Assembly: GCF_009914755.1 (NCBI RefSeq)
Contig: NC_060941.1
From: the human T2T-CHM13v2.0 reference genome, Homo sapiens
DNA: 64,000 nucleotides
Direction: 5' to 3' (one strand)
Part shown: positions 1 to 21,365 of the stretch, in pieces
Numbering within the stretch: the stretch's first letter is position 1
Layout of the letters: the number at the start of each line of letters is the position of its first letter
Position numbers and translations under genes: made by a program
The notes under the pieces: model-generated
The model's input: only the letters and a program-made list of their open reading frames with translations
Database searches by the model: none
Told to the model about the DNA's origin: nothing

Positions 1-311
1 TGGGATTACAGGCATGAGCTACTGAATCTGGCCTTCTGATTTTTCTGTAGAGACGAGTCTCACCATGTTGCTGAGGCTGGTCTCAAACTCATGGATTCAA
101 TCAATCCTCCCACTTTTGTTGCGGTAAACTGAGGAACGGAGAGACCAATATGGCCTCCCAAAGTTTAAAGCCTTTCTTTACTATCACACTTGTCTTTAAG
201 GGCGGAGGGGAGAGCCTTTCTTGGCAACCATTTCAATCCCACTGTTAGTAGTATGTTATATACCCCTCTCTATAGAACTCTCTAGGTAATATTTATGAGG
301 GTGTAACATAA

Positions 312-5200
<4,889 letters not shown>

Positions 5201-6210
5201 TGAGTCTTATTCAATGTTTTGAGTTTTGTTTTCTTCATCTGTAAAAGAATGTTACAGCCTTCATAGAGCAGTGATTAATGAGAACATTTATTTGCAAGGC
5301 ACACAGCACAGTGCTCTGCAGGGCACTTGGCATGCACTCCAAAAAGTTATCAAAACTTCCTGTCACCTTGCCTTGCAAGTAGAAACCAAGTGGAGTTCGT
5401 TCTGCATTACGTCACCTACCATAGTGTTTTGCATGAAGACAGGCTCAATAAATGTCTGAGAGTAAATGGACCAATTCACAACATTCAATATTCAAATCTG
5501 AATCCTCTGTGCTTTGCCCCCTTTCTCCCATTTCTCTCATTGAACCTTTTCTTCCTGGAACAATTTTCTTAATTTTATTCCCCTTGCCAGCTGCCTCCTC
5601 TTCTGAAATTTAACTTGCAGTATCATTGAAGCTGAGTACAAAGAGAACCAAAGACACCACCTGTGGCAGTCCCGAGGTGAATGTGATAAACCATTGAAGG
5701 AGCTGAGCGTCTGACAGCCTGTGAGCATAGCCTGTCCCATCTTAGTAAGAGCCACAAAAAGTAATTAAAGTACTGAAAAGAATGAGAAAAGGGAGATTTT
5801 CAAAAACGCTGATTGCAGACTGAGTTATTTAACACGGTTCAGCAACCGTGGTCTGAGGAATTTTCACTTGTAGAGGACTCAGGCCGCCATCAGGCCCGAA
5901 GAGTCCAGGTTGGTGGGGCCACTCCCCGCGGTGTGGAGCCTGCAGGGGGCCACGACTGGGTGCAGAAAAGGAATGTGATCATTCAGCCGAGTGGTAAGTC
6001 CAACCCATTTCACGCGCACTCAGCCTGCACTCTACGTGCTCTGGTAAAGCCCAGCTGAGGTGCCTGGGGCAGGACTTGAAAGGGCAAGCACAGGTGAGGG
6101 AAGGTGTGACTGTCAGCCCAGTACCAGACACCACGGTGAGATGTGAAGCTGGGTGTGTACGGAACTGCTGGTTTTACCTTAGGCCTGGGACAATAGGGAA
6201 TGTGAAAAGC

Positions 6211-6214
<4 letters not shown>

Positions 6215-6244
<30 letters not shown>
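6215..6244 (+). repeat. (GT)15 microsatellite
   Basis: Seen directly. Confidence 0.95.
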
Positions 6245-6245
<1 letters not shown>

Positions 6246-6494
6246 TTGGCGCCAGCTGCAGTACCGCCGTCTGAAACCCCCTGAAACCCTGGGCCACCCT
6301 CTGAATCTGCTGCTCGAGGGCAAGCCTGGGAGCGTCAGGGGGAGGAAGGTGGAGACACAGGTGTCCCAGAGGGCAGGGACTGGTTTCAGCTCATCTTGGT
6401 ATTCCCGGGCCCAGCTTGGTGCCCAAGGACCGTTCGTGGAGCTCATGAAATGCTCCCCCAGGCCCGGCACGGTGGCTCACGCCTGTAATCCCAG

Positions 6495-7050
6495 GCCGGG
6501 CTGGGCCGCATTCTCATTGGACGATGGCCTTTGTCAATCACTGAGGGAACTAGATCTTGAGTGTGGCCGGACATCCGGGGCTTTCCACCCTCGGCGTGGG
6601 GCGGGCTTGAGGTGGGGAAGATGGAAGGATGCGATACCCAATGGGGATCAAGGCCTTTGGCTTCGCGGCAGATTGGCAGGTGCTTGAACCACTGAAATGC
6701 CGCAGAGGGATACCGGCGCTATGGCAGTGATTGGTTCACTTCGCGGGTGGGTGGTTTTCTCCGTGCGTTGGTCCCTACAGTAGATAAAACGGGCACAGTA
6801 GCTAAAATTAACGCCTAAGTAAAACCGCTGCCGGTGAGTTTTGGGAGTATTTTCGCTTTTTTGAAAGTTAGTATTTTGGCTCTCACAAAGCCTCCTGATT
6901 TTAGTAGGCTTTCCCTGGAATGACCCAGATTCCTTTTCGTTACCTTAGTTAAGGCACCCCCTCCCCGTGCAGGGTCAGGGTTGGAAAACTACCGCGCTGA
7001 GCCCAAATTACCGCGAAGATCGTCGGAAATGTGCGCAACTCAGCTAAAGC
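6495..7050. promoter_or_regulatory. Orphan CpG-rich, multi-CCAAT promoter-like element
   Basis: CCAAT/ATTGG at 6516, 6638, 6672, 6730. GC box at ~6598-6605. CCGGACATCCGG at 6567-6578. Locally high CpG. Confidence 0.65.
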
Positions 7051-7069
7051 GGAGATTTAATGGATGGTA

Positions 7070-7650
7070 TTCAGTAGAAAATGGGACAAGACATGAATGG
7101 ACAGTTTACAGGAAAAAAAAATGCAAGGGGCCCCTAAACATTTAAGTGGGTGCTCAGCCTTTTTCATAATCAGAAGAATGCAAACGAAAACCTCACTGAG
7201 CTAAGGCTTCTGATCCATCAGATTGTCAAAAATCCAAAAGTTTAACAAGCGAGGTACGCTGTTAAGGACAATACAGGAACCTGATCTGTCCTGCATTGTT
7301 GGGAGGGAGTGCAAATTTACCTTTGACCCGCAATCCACCTCTAGAATCTACTCTGAAAGTAAACTTGCACAAATATGAAAACAGCATACGCGCAAGGTTT
7401 TATTTGTAGTGGCACTGTATGAATTTGCAAGACTGGAAACCATGCAGATGTCCATGAGAGGGGGAGTGGCTGAGTAAACTGGTACATCCGGGCTGGTACT
7501 ACAGCCCAGCTGACTCTGGCGTTAAGAAAAATGAGGAAAACGACAATATTTTCTATGGCGTGATTTGTCTCCAGAGATGATGTATATTGGCTGCTACCGT
7601 TAGCAAAAAGAAGCACTGAAACGATAAAACCAAAACTGATAAAATTGATA
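7070..7650 (+). mobile_element. Old L1M(E)-like 3' fragment
   Basis: aaaatgggacaagacatgaatggacagtttacag... and tttgacccgcaatccacctctagaatcta motifs. Confidence 0.7.
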
Positions 7651-9479
7651 GCGTAAATGGTGGAGAATCCGGTGGAAGCCCTAGAGGGGTTCCACCAAAA
7701 GAAAAATAAGGTGACAATAATAATAGTAAAAAGAATCTGTGGCAGTAGGAATCTGCCAGGCTTCCTGTTCTGGAACCCAGCACTAGACCCGGAAAGGCAT
7801 GTTTGGCTGGGTGGGCCTCAAGTTACTTATAATTGGTGGCCATGCTATAGCCTGAGTGAAGGATTTCTGGTACCCTGCCGCTCTCCAAAAAGACGTCTCT
7901 TTGGGAACTCTAGAACTGGAATGGTCCATCAGCACCTGCCTTTTGGCAGAGAGGGCAGGCCTTTGTACCCCACTAGTGACTTGGTTTGGAGGTGGGCTGC
8001 CCCCAGAACAGGATGTAATCTTGGGCAAGGCAGCTGCTGTCAGGCTGGGCACAACCTCCCCCTCAAGGCTGTGAGGAGGGAAGAAAGGAAACAACTTCTA
8101 CTTTCTTTAAAGTAGGAAACCTCCTCATCTGCCACCTCTCCTGCAGTGAGAAGTAGAGACTAGACGTGGATACTCCCACATAGGATACTGGGGCCTAATG
8201 GATGACTGTGGGCCTCCACCAGGCGCAGGTGACCCTGCAGATATGATTCAGAGGCAGCCTCTCGCTGCTGTTCATCAGCAGCCTGATTCCATGTGGACTA
8301 TACTGTTGCTTTCAGAAATCATGGTCTGCCTGGACCTAGCCAGGCTCACTGTTGAAGTCTTGTTGTGTGCTCTTCCTTCCAGGCCCAGAGAGCTGCCCAG
8401 TAGATCAACTTGGGCTTTCTATCAGGCTCTAAGTACAGGCAGGTCCTTAGGACAAATTAGAATAAAACAATCTCAGAGTGATCTGGTCTTAGTATAATTA
8501 CTTACATTTTCAAATTAAAAAAAAAAAAGGAAAACCAGTAACAAATCAGCCACGGCAGAGAGGGGTACTGGGAGTTGATAGAAAATTTGTCCTCAGTTGT
8601 AGGTTACTCTTAAAGCAGCTTAGATTGCATGTTTTCTTCAGGGTCATTGGAAAAGGTGGTTACCGTCAGTCCAGGAAGTGGGGAGCCAGCTAATTGTATC
8701 CAGATGGAGGTACAGTGGACGCTTTGAGGGAAGGAGGCCCTGAAACGTCTCTAGCAAGCAGGCTTTGGTAAACAGAACTGCAGATACTGATGAGTGACAG
8801 TCCACTGCTATTTGTGTCATGTAGGCAGGCCAGCCTGGGGCAGGGTTCTCAGCAGTGATGGAGGGCAGGGGAGAGATGTAAAGGCTTTGAGACTGGTTCC
8901 CATCGCTGGAAAGAGGCTCTGTGCAGCTGAATGCTTTAGGTTCTCTCAACCCCCACACCCAGAGAGAGTTCCATTGGGATTGGCTTCTGTAGGCCTCTGT
9001 GGCTCTTAGGTTCTTGGTGGCAGTGACATACATACTGGTGATTCTCTGACATGGCTGCCAGGTAGACATCTTTCTCTCGGTGTTTGCGCTCTTTCTCCCA
9101 CACTGCTGTTTCTTTCTGCCCTCCTTTATGCTTTTTAGCTTAGATTTGGTTCATTCACTGAAATGAATCTCTGTGAGCTGATGAGAACAATCTCAGATGA
9201 GGTAGCAGAAATGGTGTCAACAGAGGCCAGCACTTACGGGGAATAGATAGGAGCCACCCAACACCACAGCAAACCAGCAGTGTTTCCATGAAGTGTCCAA
9301 GGCCAGGGGTGGGGCCTGGGCGGTGGACACCCACCACCGAGGAAGAGGAGGATGCTGAGCACTTCAGACACTGGCTTCCGAGTGCCCACCAAGCCCTGTC
9401 CTGGACCTCATAGGAAACCCAACTGGAACAGGTGTCTCCCCAACACCCATGCTCCCTTTTATCACAGATCCCCAGTGAA

Positions 9480-9950
9480 ATTCAGTTACCTTCTCCTCCA
9501 GATGGCCGTGTATTCAGGGGATGCTGGGCCCAGCCCCAGGCTCCAGGGGTCTAGGCCAATCATGCTGGTCCCATGTCCTTGCCCATGATTGGTTGAAACA
9601 TGGGCACGTGCCATATTCTGGCCAATTGGGATCTGAAGGGATGTGGGGCGGGGACATCTGGACCAGTTCCCTTACGCCTAGAGACGCAAGCAAGACATGC
9701 CCTTTTCTTGCTTCTGGATGAGATACCTGAACTCCTGCAGCCATCTTGCCACCATGAGGAGAGCTAGTCTCCAATAAAAGCCCACAGTACGAGGAAGACT
9801 GAGCTAAGAGAACTGCAGCTTGAGCTCCGACCATTCTGGGCCTGGAGTTGTTCTAACTCTTGGCTTCTCACGTGAGAGAGCCCTGTTCTTGTTTAAGCCA
9901 GTTGAGCTGGAGTTTTCTGTCGTTGCAGTCAGAACATCTTAGCTGGTACA
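9480..9950 (+). mobile_element. MLT1-family (MaLR) LTR
   Basis: gcagccatcttgccaccatgagg and terminal ttctgtcgttgcagtcagaacatcttagctggtaca. Confidence 0.7.
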
Positions 9951-10208
9951 AGTGTACAAAAATTCCTTCAGTTTACTTTTCCCAATGCCATCAGGATTTT
10001 GACTCAAGTACACGAGTCATTCCTGTTTGGTATAATCAGAAAAGAAAGGAGAGGGAGAAGAAAGTGGGCAATGGAAACACAGGAGCTTTGCAGTGCAGCC
10101 TTGGGAGGGATAAGGGCACCTACGGGTTTGCCCTGCCCACCGATGTGCATTTAGGGGACAGAGACATTAGCTGAGGTAAGGGGTCCCTAAGACCTGAGAC
10201 AGAACAAA

Positions 10209-14310
<4,102 letters not shown>

Positions 14311-14414
14311 TCAAAATGAAAGAAAGGTCAAACTTCAATGGGTTCAAAAGGGATTTTGTTTTAAAACAAAGCAAACTGAAAAAACACACAGTAATTGAGA
14401 TCATCTACTCAAAG

Positions 14415-14420
14415 TTTATT
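14415..14420 (-). terminator. MXRA7: Poly(A) signal for MXRA7 proximal terminal exon
   Basis: AATAAA on minus strand followed by a TG/T-rich downstream tract. Confidence 0.75.
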
Positions 14421-15692
14421 GGACTGAACAAAGGCTGAATACAGAGATCCAAGCCATGAGGAGTACATGAGGTGTGGTGCCTATAAGCCAGGGTCGGAAA
14501 CTTTCCAGACAAACCTAGATAGCTCTACTAGGAGGGAGTCAACGACCTATTGTGTCAATTAGATCCCAGCCTGGACAAGGGCATGACTATTGCTGTTTGG
14601 GGACACGTGGCTCTGTGTTGAAGGCAATGACTGTGTGGCTGTTGCCATGTGGCCTGTTCTCCCCTAAGCCCTGAACCAAAGGTTCCAGGCCCAGATGAGA
14701 AGGCCCCTGGGAATGCATGCCATAGGGGTTGATGCTGGACATTACCCAGCCTTCCATTAAATGAAAACATTTTCTATAAACTTACTGCTTTAAAAAAATG
14801 TTTTAACCAACAAACCTAAGAACTGCAAATGAGTTTGGTATAGTATAAATATTGTCAAATATAAAATTCCAAGAAACCCATTTGAGACTGATCTGATGAT
14901 CTGAAGTTCTAACTAATCTATCAAACTTTCTAAGAAAAGGCATAGGTCAAGAAATCTTTTTAAAGCAAACATTATTGCTTCTGCTATAGCAGAGTGGAGA
15001 TTTGGCTGAGCTGGTAAGAACCTCAGTGAAAAGGTGTCTTAGCAATGAAAGGGCTGAATCCGAGATTCCTCTAGATGAAAAATAAGGGGAATGGTCAAGT
15101 AAATTCCTGGTACTGGTTCTTTGCTGCCCTGTAATCAATATGGCATCTCACCCCCGACAACCAAGCCAGCCACAGAGAGAAGTGGGGTTCCCAGGGAAAG
15201 GGGTCGGCTGACCACCCTGACGGAGCTGGTGAGCACAGGTGAGCTCTACCTCATTTGTCTCTCATTCCTCAAAGTCTTCTGTGGTTTGGCTTCAGTGAGG
15301 GCAAAAGAGGGGAGACTGGAGTGAAAGTGAACTCTGCTTTTAAAATGTTCTTTTTATCTAAGGTGTGCAGGGTGTGTGGATAGCAAGTTTGAGTGGTAAG
15401 AAAAATCCCAGTCCAGGGTCTGAGCTCTACCTCTTAAAACTCTTCAGCTTAACAAAGTGACCCACAGGAACAGACATGAACATCTCTACACAGGGCAGGG
15501 CCAAAGGTGTTCCCAGGATCCTGCTAGCCAAGGGACAAGTCCTGATTGAGGGTCTAGAGCTCAGCAGATTTATGGAGGCAGCATGCACCCTGGGAGCCTG
15601 CCCAGACTCCTCTCTGGGGTTTCCGTTTTATCTCTCAAGCTTTTAAGATGCCAAAAGGAAAAGCCTTTAGGAGGACGCTAAGGATAACTTCG

Positions 15693-15705
15693 TTATTCTT
15701 CAGTT
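15693..15705 (-). CDS. MXRA7: MXRA7 proximal terminal exon CDS; C-terminus RTEE*, 170-aa isoform; 3'UTR to ~14395
   Basis: Strong acceptor tctccccatttctctttacag|A ACT GAA GAA TAA. Followed by ~1.3 kb of repeat-free UTR and AATAAA at 14420-14415. Confidence 0.88.
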
Positions 15706-18004
15706 CTGTAAAGAGAAATGGGGAGAAAAAGATAATTTATTTTACTCATTCCATCCTGCACCATGGGCAAGGAAAGGGGGAAATGGGGACGAGGAAGGAG
15801 AATGTTTGGAATTGCAGAAGCTGCGCTAGACTCTGGTTTCTCAAACCACTGCTGATTTGCTTCTCATCGCTTGCAGCAAGACAGTCTGTGCCGCCAAGCC
15901 GGCCAGAGCTTGCAGAGCTCCCCTTGATCCCGCACAGAACCTGGCAGCCCACAGACCCTGTTCAGCCTCTGCAGGGTACTTAAGGAAGGAACTTGGGCAT
16001 TTGAGTTGCCAAGGGCCTTTCTGATCTTGGGTTGTGTGGTTGTGCTGACAATATTCCTATCACCCTAGATAATTTCCCATTCCCGCTGGCTGAGTTTTGT
16101 CCCCTCGGGGGATACTGGCACCCTAGGATGCACGCTTCCAGATGGAGCCAACTGCATGCCCGTCTTTTATGAACCAAGACACACTGCCAGCCCTGGGACC
16201 ACTGAGAACCCAGCAGGTCTGATCTTGTCCCTCTGACGCCCTCTCCTGGTGGTCACAGTCAGCACGCATTTCCAGCCTGAGCTGGAAATTCACACTGGCA
16301 GGTCTATTGTCTGTAGTTTCTTGCATACATCAGATGGAAGAACCAGAACTACCCCACAGCTGGGGTTCCTTGGCCTCCTCCTCCCCTTCCCTGTTTTACC
16401 ACACTAGCACCTTCCTCTAGAGTCATGTCCATTTCCAGAGGAGTCAAGACAGCCCTGCAGACCTCAAATGGAGGGGTGGGTCCTGATCTATCAGAGCCAG
16501 CCCAGTCTATAGCCTGGGTTCATTTTCCCTCTGAGACCACAAGGTGGGAAGAAGTGATGGAGAGGAGCTGACAGCCGCGCCTGTTCTTTCTCCTGCCAAG
16601 CTGTGAAGCCAGCCAAGCCCTGCCAGCTTCCCTAGCTCTGGGGGAGGAGGAGGAGGCCTCTTGCTCAGGGGAGCTGTCACCAGCCTGCAAGCCCACTGTC
16701 CTAGCCACACTGTGAAACTGGAGGTGGCACTTCCCACAGCAGCTTCAGCGGAACCCAGGGACGCCACCAGAGGCATGAAGTGTGTGAAACTCCGGCCCGA
16801 GGGGAGAGCTGAGGAGGCGGGCAGACAGTGGCAAGCAGGATCTTAAGCAGCAGCTGCCTCTGGATTTACAGACCTGACCGCTTTCTGGCCCCAGGCGGAA
16901 GGAATTTGATCTGTGAGTAGTTCAAGGATGAGACTGACCACTTCAGCATGTCGGGGAACTAATTGGGGGCCTTCTGCTTCCAGTCCCACTTCCTAATTGT
17001 CATGAGAGCCTGTGAACTGAAGCTCCTGGGGAGTGCTGGAACTGGCAACCACTAAAGCTTCAGGTTCTAGATGCAGATCTGTTGGCTGAGCTAGTAAATT
17101 TAAAGTTAGGGGACGTGCAGCTTGTAGCTGCAACTCGACTGGACCCTGAGAGCTGGGAAAGGCATCAGAGGCATGGAGGCCGGGAGGGTGGAACCTGACA
17201 GGCGGAGAGAGAGCACCCTGCTAGCTGGCCTGTGGTTTTAGTGGTTTGATAACAACAGGCATGTTATTTTTCATACTGATGATTCTAGGGCGGTTCCCTG
17301 GACTTGGCTGGGACCAGAACTGTCTCACAGCTGCCAGCGCTCCCCACCCCCATGAGAACCATCGTGCTGAAGATGAAGAGCCAAAGCCAAACTGACCAGC
17401 CTCTGCAACCCCAAGCATCACCGTGTGAGGACAGCGTGATGTGGAGCCGCGGAGACCCCACGCAGTGCTGCGAGGGGCAACCACATGCAGGGGGGCAGAG
17501 GTGTGGGGGAGCAAGCAGATGCCACCGGCATGCCTAGGAGCCACAGGGAGCATGCGGGCTGGGCAGTGATGGGAATGAACGTGAACTCCAGTCCTGCCCC
17601 AAGAAGTCCTCCGGCCCCTCCTTCTCAATTCAGGGCACAAAGTGGTAACTGCAGCATGCAGAGGAGTCGAGGAGTCTTCCCTCGTCCCAGGAGCAGCACC
17701 TCGGGCACGGTCTCGGTCCCACAGAACAGCCAAGTGTGGGTTGGTGGTCTAGAGACCTCCGAAGATCCAGTGGGGGAAGGATGGGCAGCAGAGGGTCTAC
17801 TCTCTGAAAATAAGGGGAAGGGATTTTCCCTCCCCACTGCCAAGGTCCCAGCTCTGGACGTGGGTGGCAGTGGCAGTTTCACCCCCAGCCGGAGGCCTGG
17901 TCTTTCTTGTTCTAAGAGGCCCTCCAGATCCATCTGCCTGAGCAGCCTCTGTCCCCAGGGACCTTCAAGGGCTGGCAGTTGTGTCCAGCCCCCTCTAGCC
18001 TCTG

Positions 18005-18225
18005 TCCAGGGACTGCAACCTTTTTCTGCAAACAGCCAGATACTACTTAGATTTGGGGGGCTGTGTGGTCTCTGCTGCAGTGACTCACCTCGGCCACTGC
18101 AGCACAAAGAGGCACAGACCACAGGAAAATGGGTGAGTGTTGCTACTACTGCCACGCTGGATTGGCACAGGCAGGTGGGGGATCAGATGTGGCCCGGCCG
18201 TTGTCTGCTAACCCTTGCCCTGATC
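18005..18225 (+). mobile_element. MER58-like hAT DNA transposon relic (another at ~57030-57215)
   Basis: Similar to MER58 ends and internal text. Recognised by eye only. Confidence 0.55.
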
Positions 18226-18719
18226 CTAAGAACCTGCCTGTCTCACAGCTTGGGAGCACGGACCGTTCTCAGAGTATCTGCTGTGCACTGTGCAGAAGCT
18301 GCCTCATCTTCTCAGGGTGAGACCCAAGGCTGCAGGGTGACGACATCCACATTTCCGAAGCCTGAGGTCCCAGGGTGACAGTTCCCCCAGCCTTGCGAGG
18401 GGGCGCTAGCACCCCAACCTGCCGGCCCATTAGGCCCCCTCCAGGAACTCAGGGACTTAACTCCCCTCCAGGAACCTCTGCCCCCAGACGGGGCCTCTTC
18501 TGCCAGAGATTCCTCGTGCTTGAGAAGAATGAGAAGGGCTCAGGTGGGAAATGTATTAATCGGTTATGAAGGCGATGGAGGAGGGGAGGTTGAGGCCGCG
18601 TCAGTTGTTTGGGGGCACGTTAGCACGCAGTAGAAGGGGAGCACCACTAGTCTAAGAAATCAGTGTCCTTACCAAAAGGATTTGCAAGAATATTTGTGGC
18701 TCAGGACCTAAGGAACTTG

Positions 18720-18753
18720 CTACAGGGAAGTGAGGTCAGAGGTCAGCTCAATC
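18720..18753 (-). CDS. MXRA7: MXRA7 alternative stop-containing exon (exon 18673-18753); C-terminus RIELTSDLTSL*, 177-aa isoform
   Basis: Acceptor atatttcag|G, phase 2 matching exon 3. TAG at 18722-18720. Downstream donor TTG|GTAAGG at 18672. Confidence 0.85.
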
Positions 18754-19897
18754 CTGAAATATAAATGCAGCAAACCTGGTCATGCCAAGCGGCAGCATCC
18801 TCAGCACCTGAGGACTCGGGGCTCCTGCCAGGGCTCTTCCTCCTGGCTGTGCTTACACTGCCCGCCCCCCACCCACCCAGGGTGAAGAGCTTTCCTGCTG
18901 AGGGTCGAGAGCGCTGATGCCAGCAGCGGGAGGGGAGACAGGGCCTGTCACCGGCAGAGCAGCTGTGAGGTTAGAGGGCTGCCCGGCGGGTGGCTTGGCA
19001 TGCAGCCATGAGAGGGCAGTTGAGTTCTGATTCCAAAATCATAAACCACCCCTCCTGCTCGGACCCTAGACCGCTGGTTTCTGCTGACAAGTAGGGGGTG
19101 ATTCCCACAAGCTGCTCTGGGTCGCCAGGCTTGGAAAATGGCACAGCTACCACCTAGACTTCTGCTTTAACCAAAGGACTCCAGGCCACGCTGCAGAAGG
19201 GCAGCAGTGTGGGTGAGCACCAGGAGCCTGCTGCGCCTGGTGCAAAGGACTGTCCCTCTGCTGAGACCTCCCCAGCTGTCCCACTGTGCCCAGCGCACCC
19301 CTTCCCCGCCCAGCAGGATGGTGTGGAGGGAAAAGGTGGCGGGGTGCCCAGTGGCTGTGCAGGGGGTGTCCAAATGGGAAGGGGGAGCCAATTCCAACAA
19401 CGAGAAGCCATAGCTGCACTGCCCGGAGCTACAAGGCGCTGCTGCAGGCGCCGGCCTGGGAGGCCGCTGAAGGATGAGCACCAAGAATCCGCTGTGTCCC
19501 GAAGGAGAAATGGAGAAATCAGCTCTGTTGGGGACTGTGTGTGTGAGTGACAGCCAGGTCTGCTCCAGGCTCTTTCCTGGCATCTCATTTCTTTAGATGG
19601 GGGCAGTGGGGTGTGGAGGGGGTGGGGGGGTGCAGTAAATGGGCTCTGTATCCCCCATCACCAGTGGCCTCCTTCTGGTCAGTGCCAGGGAGGGGTGCCA
19701 GGGGTGTGCGAGCCTGGCTGACCAGGGCAGGAAAGAACTCCTAAACTGGGAAGGTGGGGCGGTGGTTGGGCAGAGCGTGTAGGAGCCCCACCTCCTTTCT
19801 GGGCCCTTCTGCCAAGGGGCAGGAACATGAAGGGCTCAGAGGGGCACCCCCCTCCCCCAAGAGCCCGCCAGGCGCCAGCGAAGGGGCTGCAGCCTAC

Positions 19898-19991
19898 CTC
19901 TGCTCCTCCTCCAGCTCCTCTTTGGTCATCATCTTCTTGTACTGGTTTCCCCTCAGCTTCCCGGGGCTGTATTTGAAGGAGAAGCCTTCTC
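19898..19991 (-). CDS. MXRA7: MXRA7 coding exon 3
   Basis: Acceptor ctccacag|GA. Encodes (G)EGFSFKYSPGKLRGNQYKKMMTKEELEEEQ(R). Donor AG|GTAGGC. 94 nt, phase 1 to 2. Confidence 0.95.
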
Positions 19992-21143
19992 CTGTGGAGG
20001 GGGGACCCAGTAAGTGCCAGGAGTGCTGTAGAGGCTGGCCCCACAAACCCCGGCCCCCTTTCCCTAGGTTTAAAAAGAAACACCTCAAGCAGAGGCCACA
20101 TCTGGCTATCAGAGACATCTCACCCCAGCGCCTATACCCCCTCTCGTTCCATAGCTTTCCCTTAAATCCTACAACGAGACAGCCAGAGAGAAAGCAGTCC
20201 TACTCCTAGTCCACAGCTGTCTCCAGATGCCACATCCCTCCCAACATCTGCAGTGCTCTGCCTTGCCCTGGCCCTGCCCAGCAGGTCCTCTCGGCTACTG
20301 AGCTCAGAGGCGACAACTCCGGCAAGCAGAGCACAGCTCATCTTGGGACACACACCACGCCTGCCTGGGCTTGGGGAGGCTTGTGTCATCCCCCCACCCC
20401 CTGTGGCTATTGGAAATCTGAAAACACGCATCCAGGCAGCCCACAGTGGCCAGGCCAGGGATGCGGGATTTGCTGCAGCAGGTTTGACGTGTGTACCGCT
20501 GAAGAGGCAGAGCCCGATTTGCCAGTCCCCGAGGGGAGACCCCCCATTGCTGCCTGCAAAAAACGGACAGATCTCGAGGCCTGAAGAGGGCACATGGATG
20601 GGTAGGTGGTGGGCACAGAGGAAGCCAGGACCTGTGGCCTGGAGTGGACACAGGCTCCGGGCACATGAGCCACGGTGAGGAGAGAAAAGCTGAGCTTCCA
20701 GAGGGAAAAGCCCCATGGGGGAGCAACCTCTTGGTTCCTGAATCCAGCAGGTGTCGGGCAGAGCTGGCTGGCCTCTTATCGACCTCCACTAACTAAAGGA
20801 CCCAGTGAGGGAGGCATAGAGAGATCCTCAGCTGCTATTCTGGAAGTGCTGCCCTCTCTGTCCCTCCATATCCTGTCCAGCAGCCCGAAAAGCCAGGCCC
20901 CTCCCCTCTAGCTTGCAGCCTTCATGCTACCGGATAGGCTGATGTGGACCGATGGGGAGGCGGGGGGGCTCTCAGGGTGAAAGGAAGAAGGTTCTAGATG
21001 CGAATTCAGAACCCAAACATCTGGTTGGGTGTGGTGGCTCATGCCTGTAATCCCAGCACCTTGGGAGGCCAAGGCAGGTGGATCACTTGAGGCCAGGAGT
21101 TCGAGACCAACCTGGCCAATGTGGCAAAACCCCGTCTCTACTA

Positions 21144-21365
<222 letters not shown>

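Noticed and set aside
17221-18378. 297-aa and 170-aa ORFs in an MXRA7 intron
   Set aside because: No recognisable domain or exon structure. Partly overlaps a MER58-like relic.
18710-18722. TAG CAA context suggesting stop read-through in the 81-nt exon
   Set aside because: Does not match the CARYYA leaky motif, and a second in-frame TAG follows four codons later.
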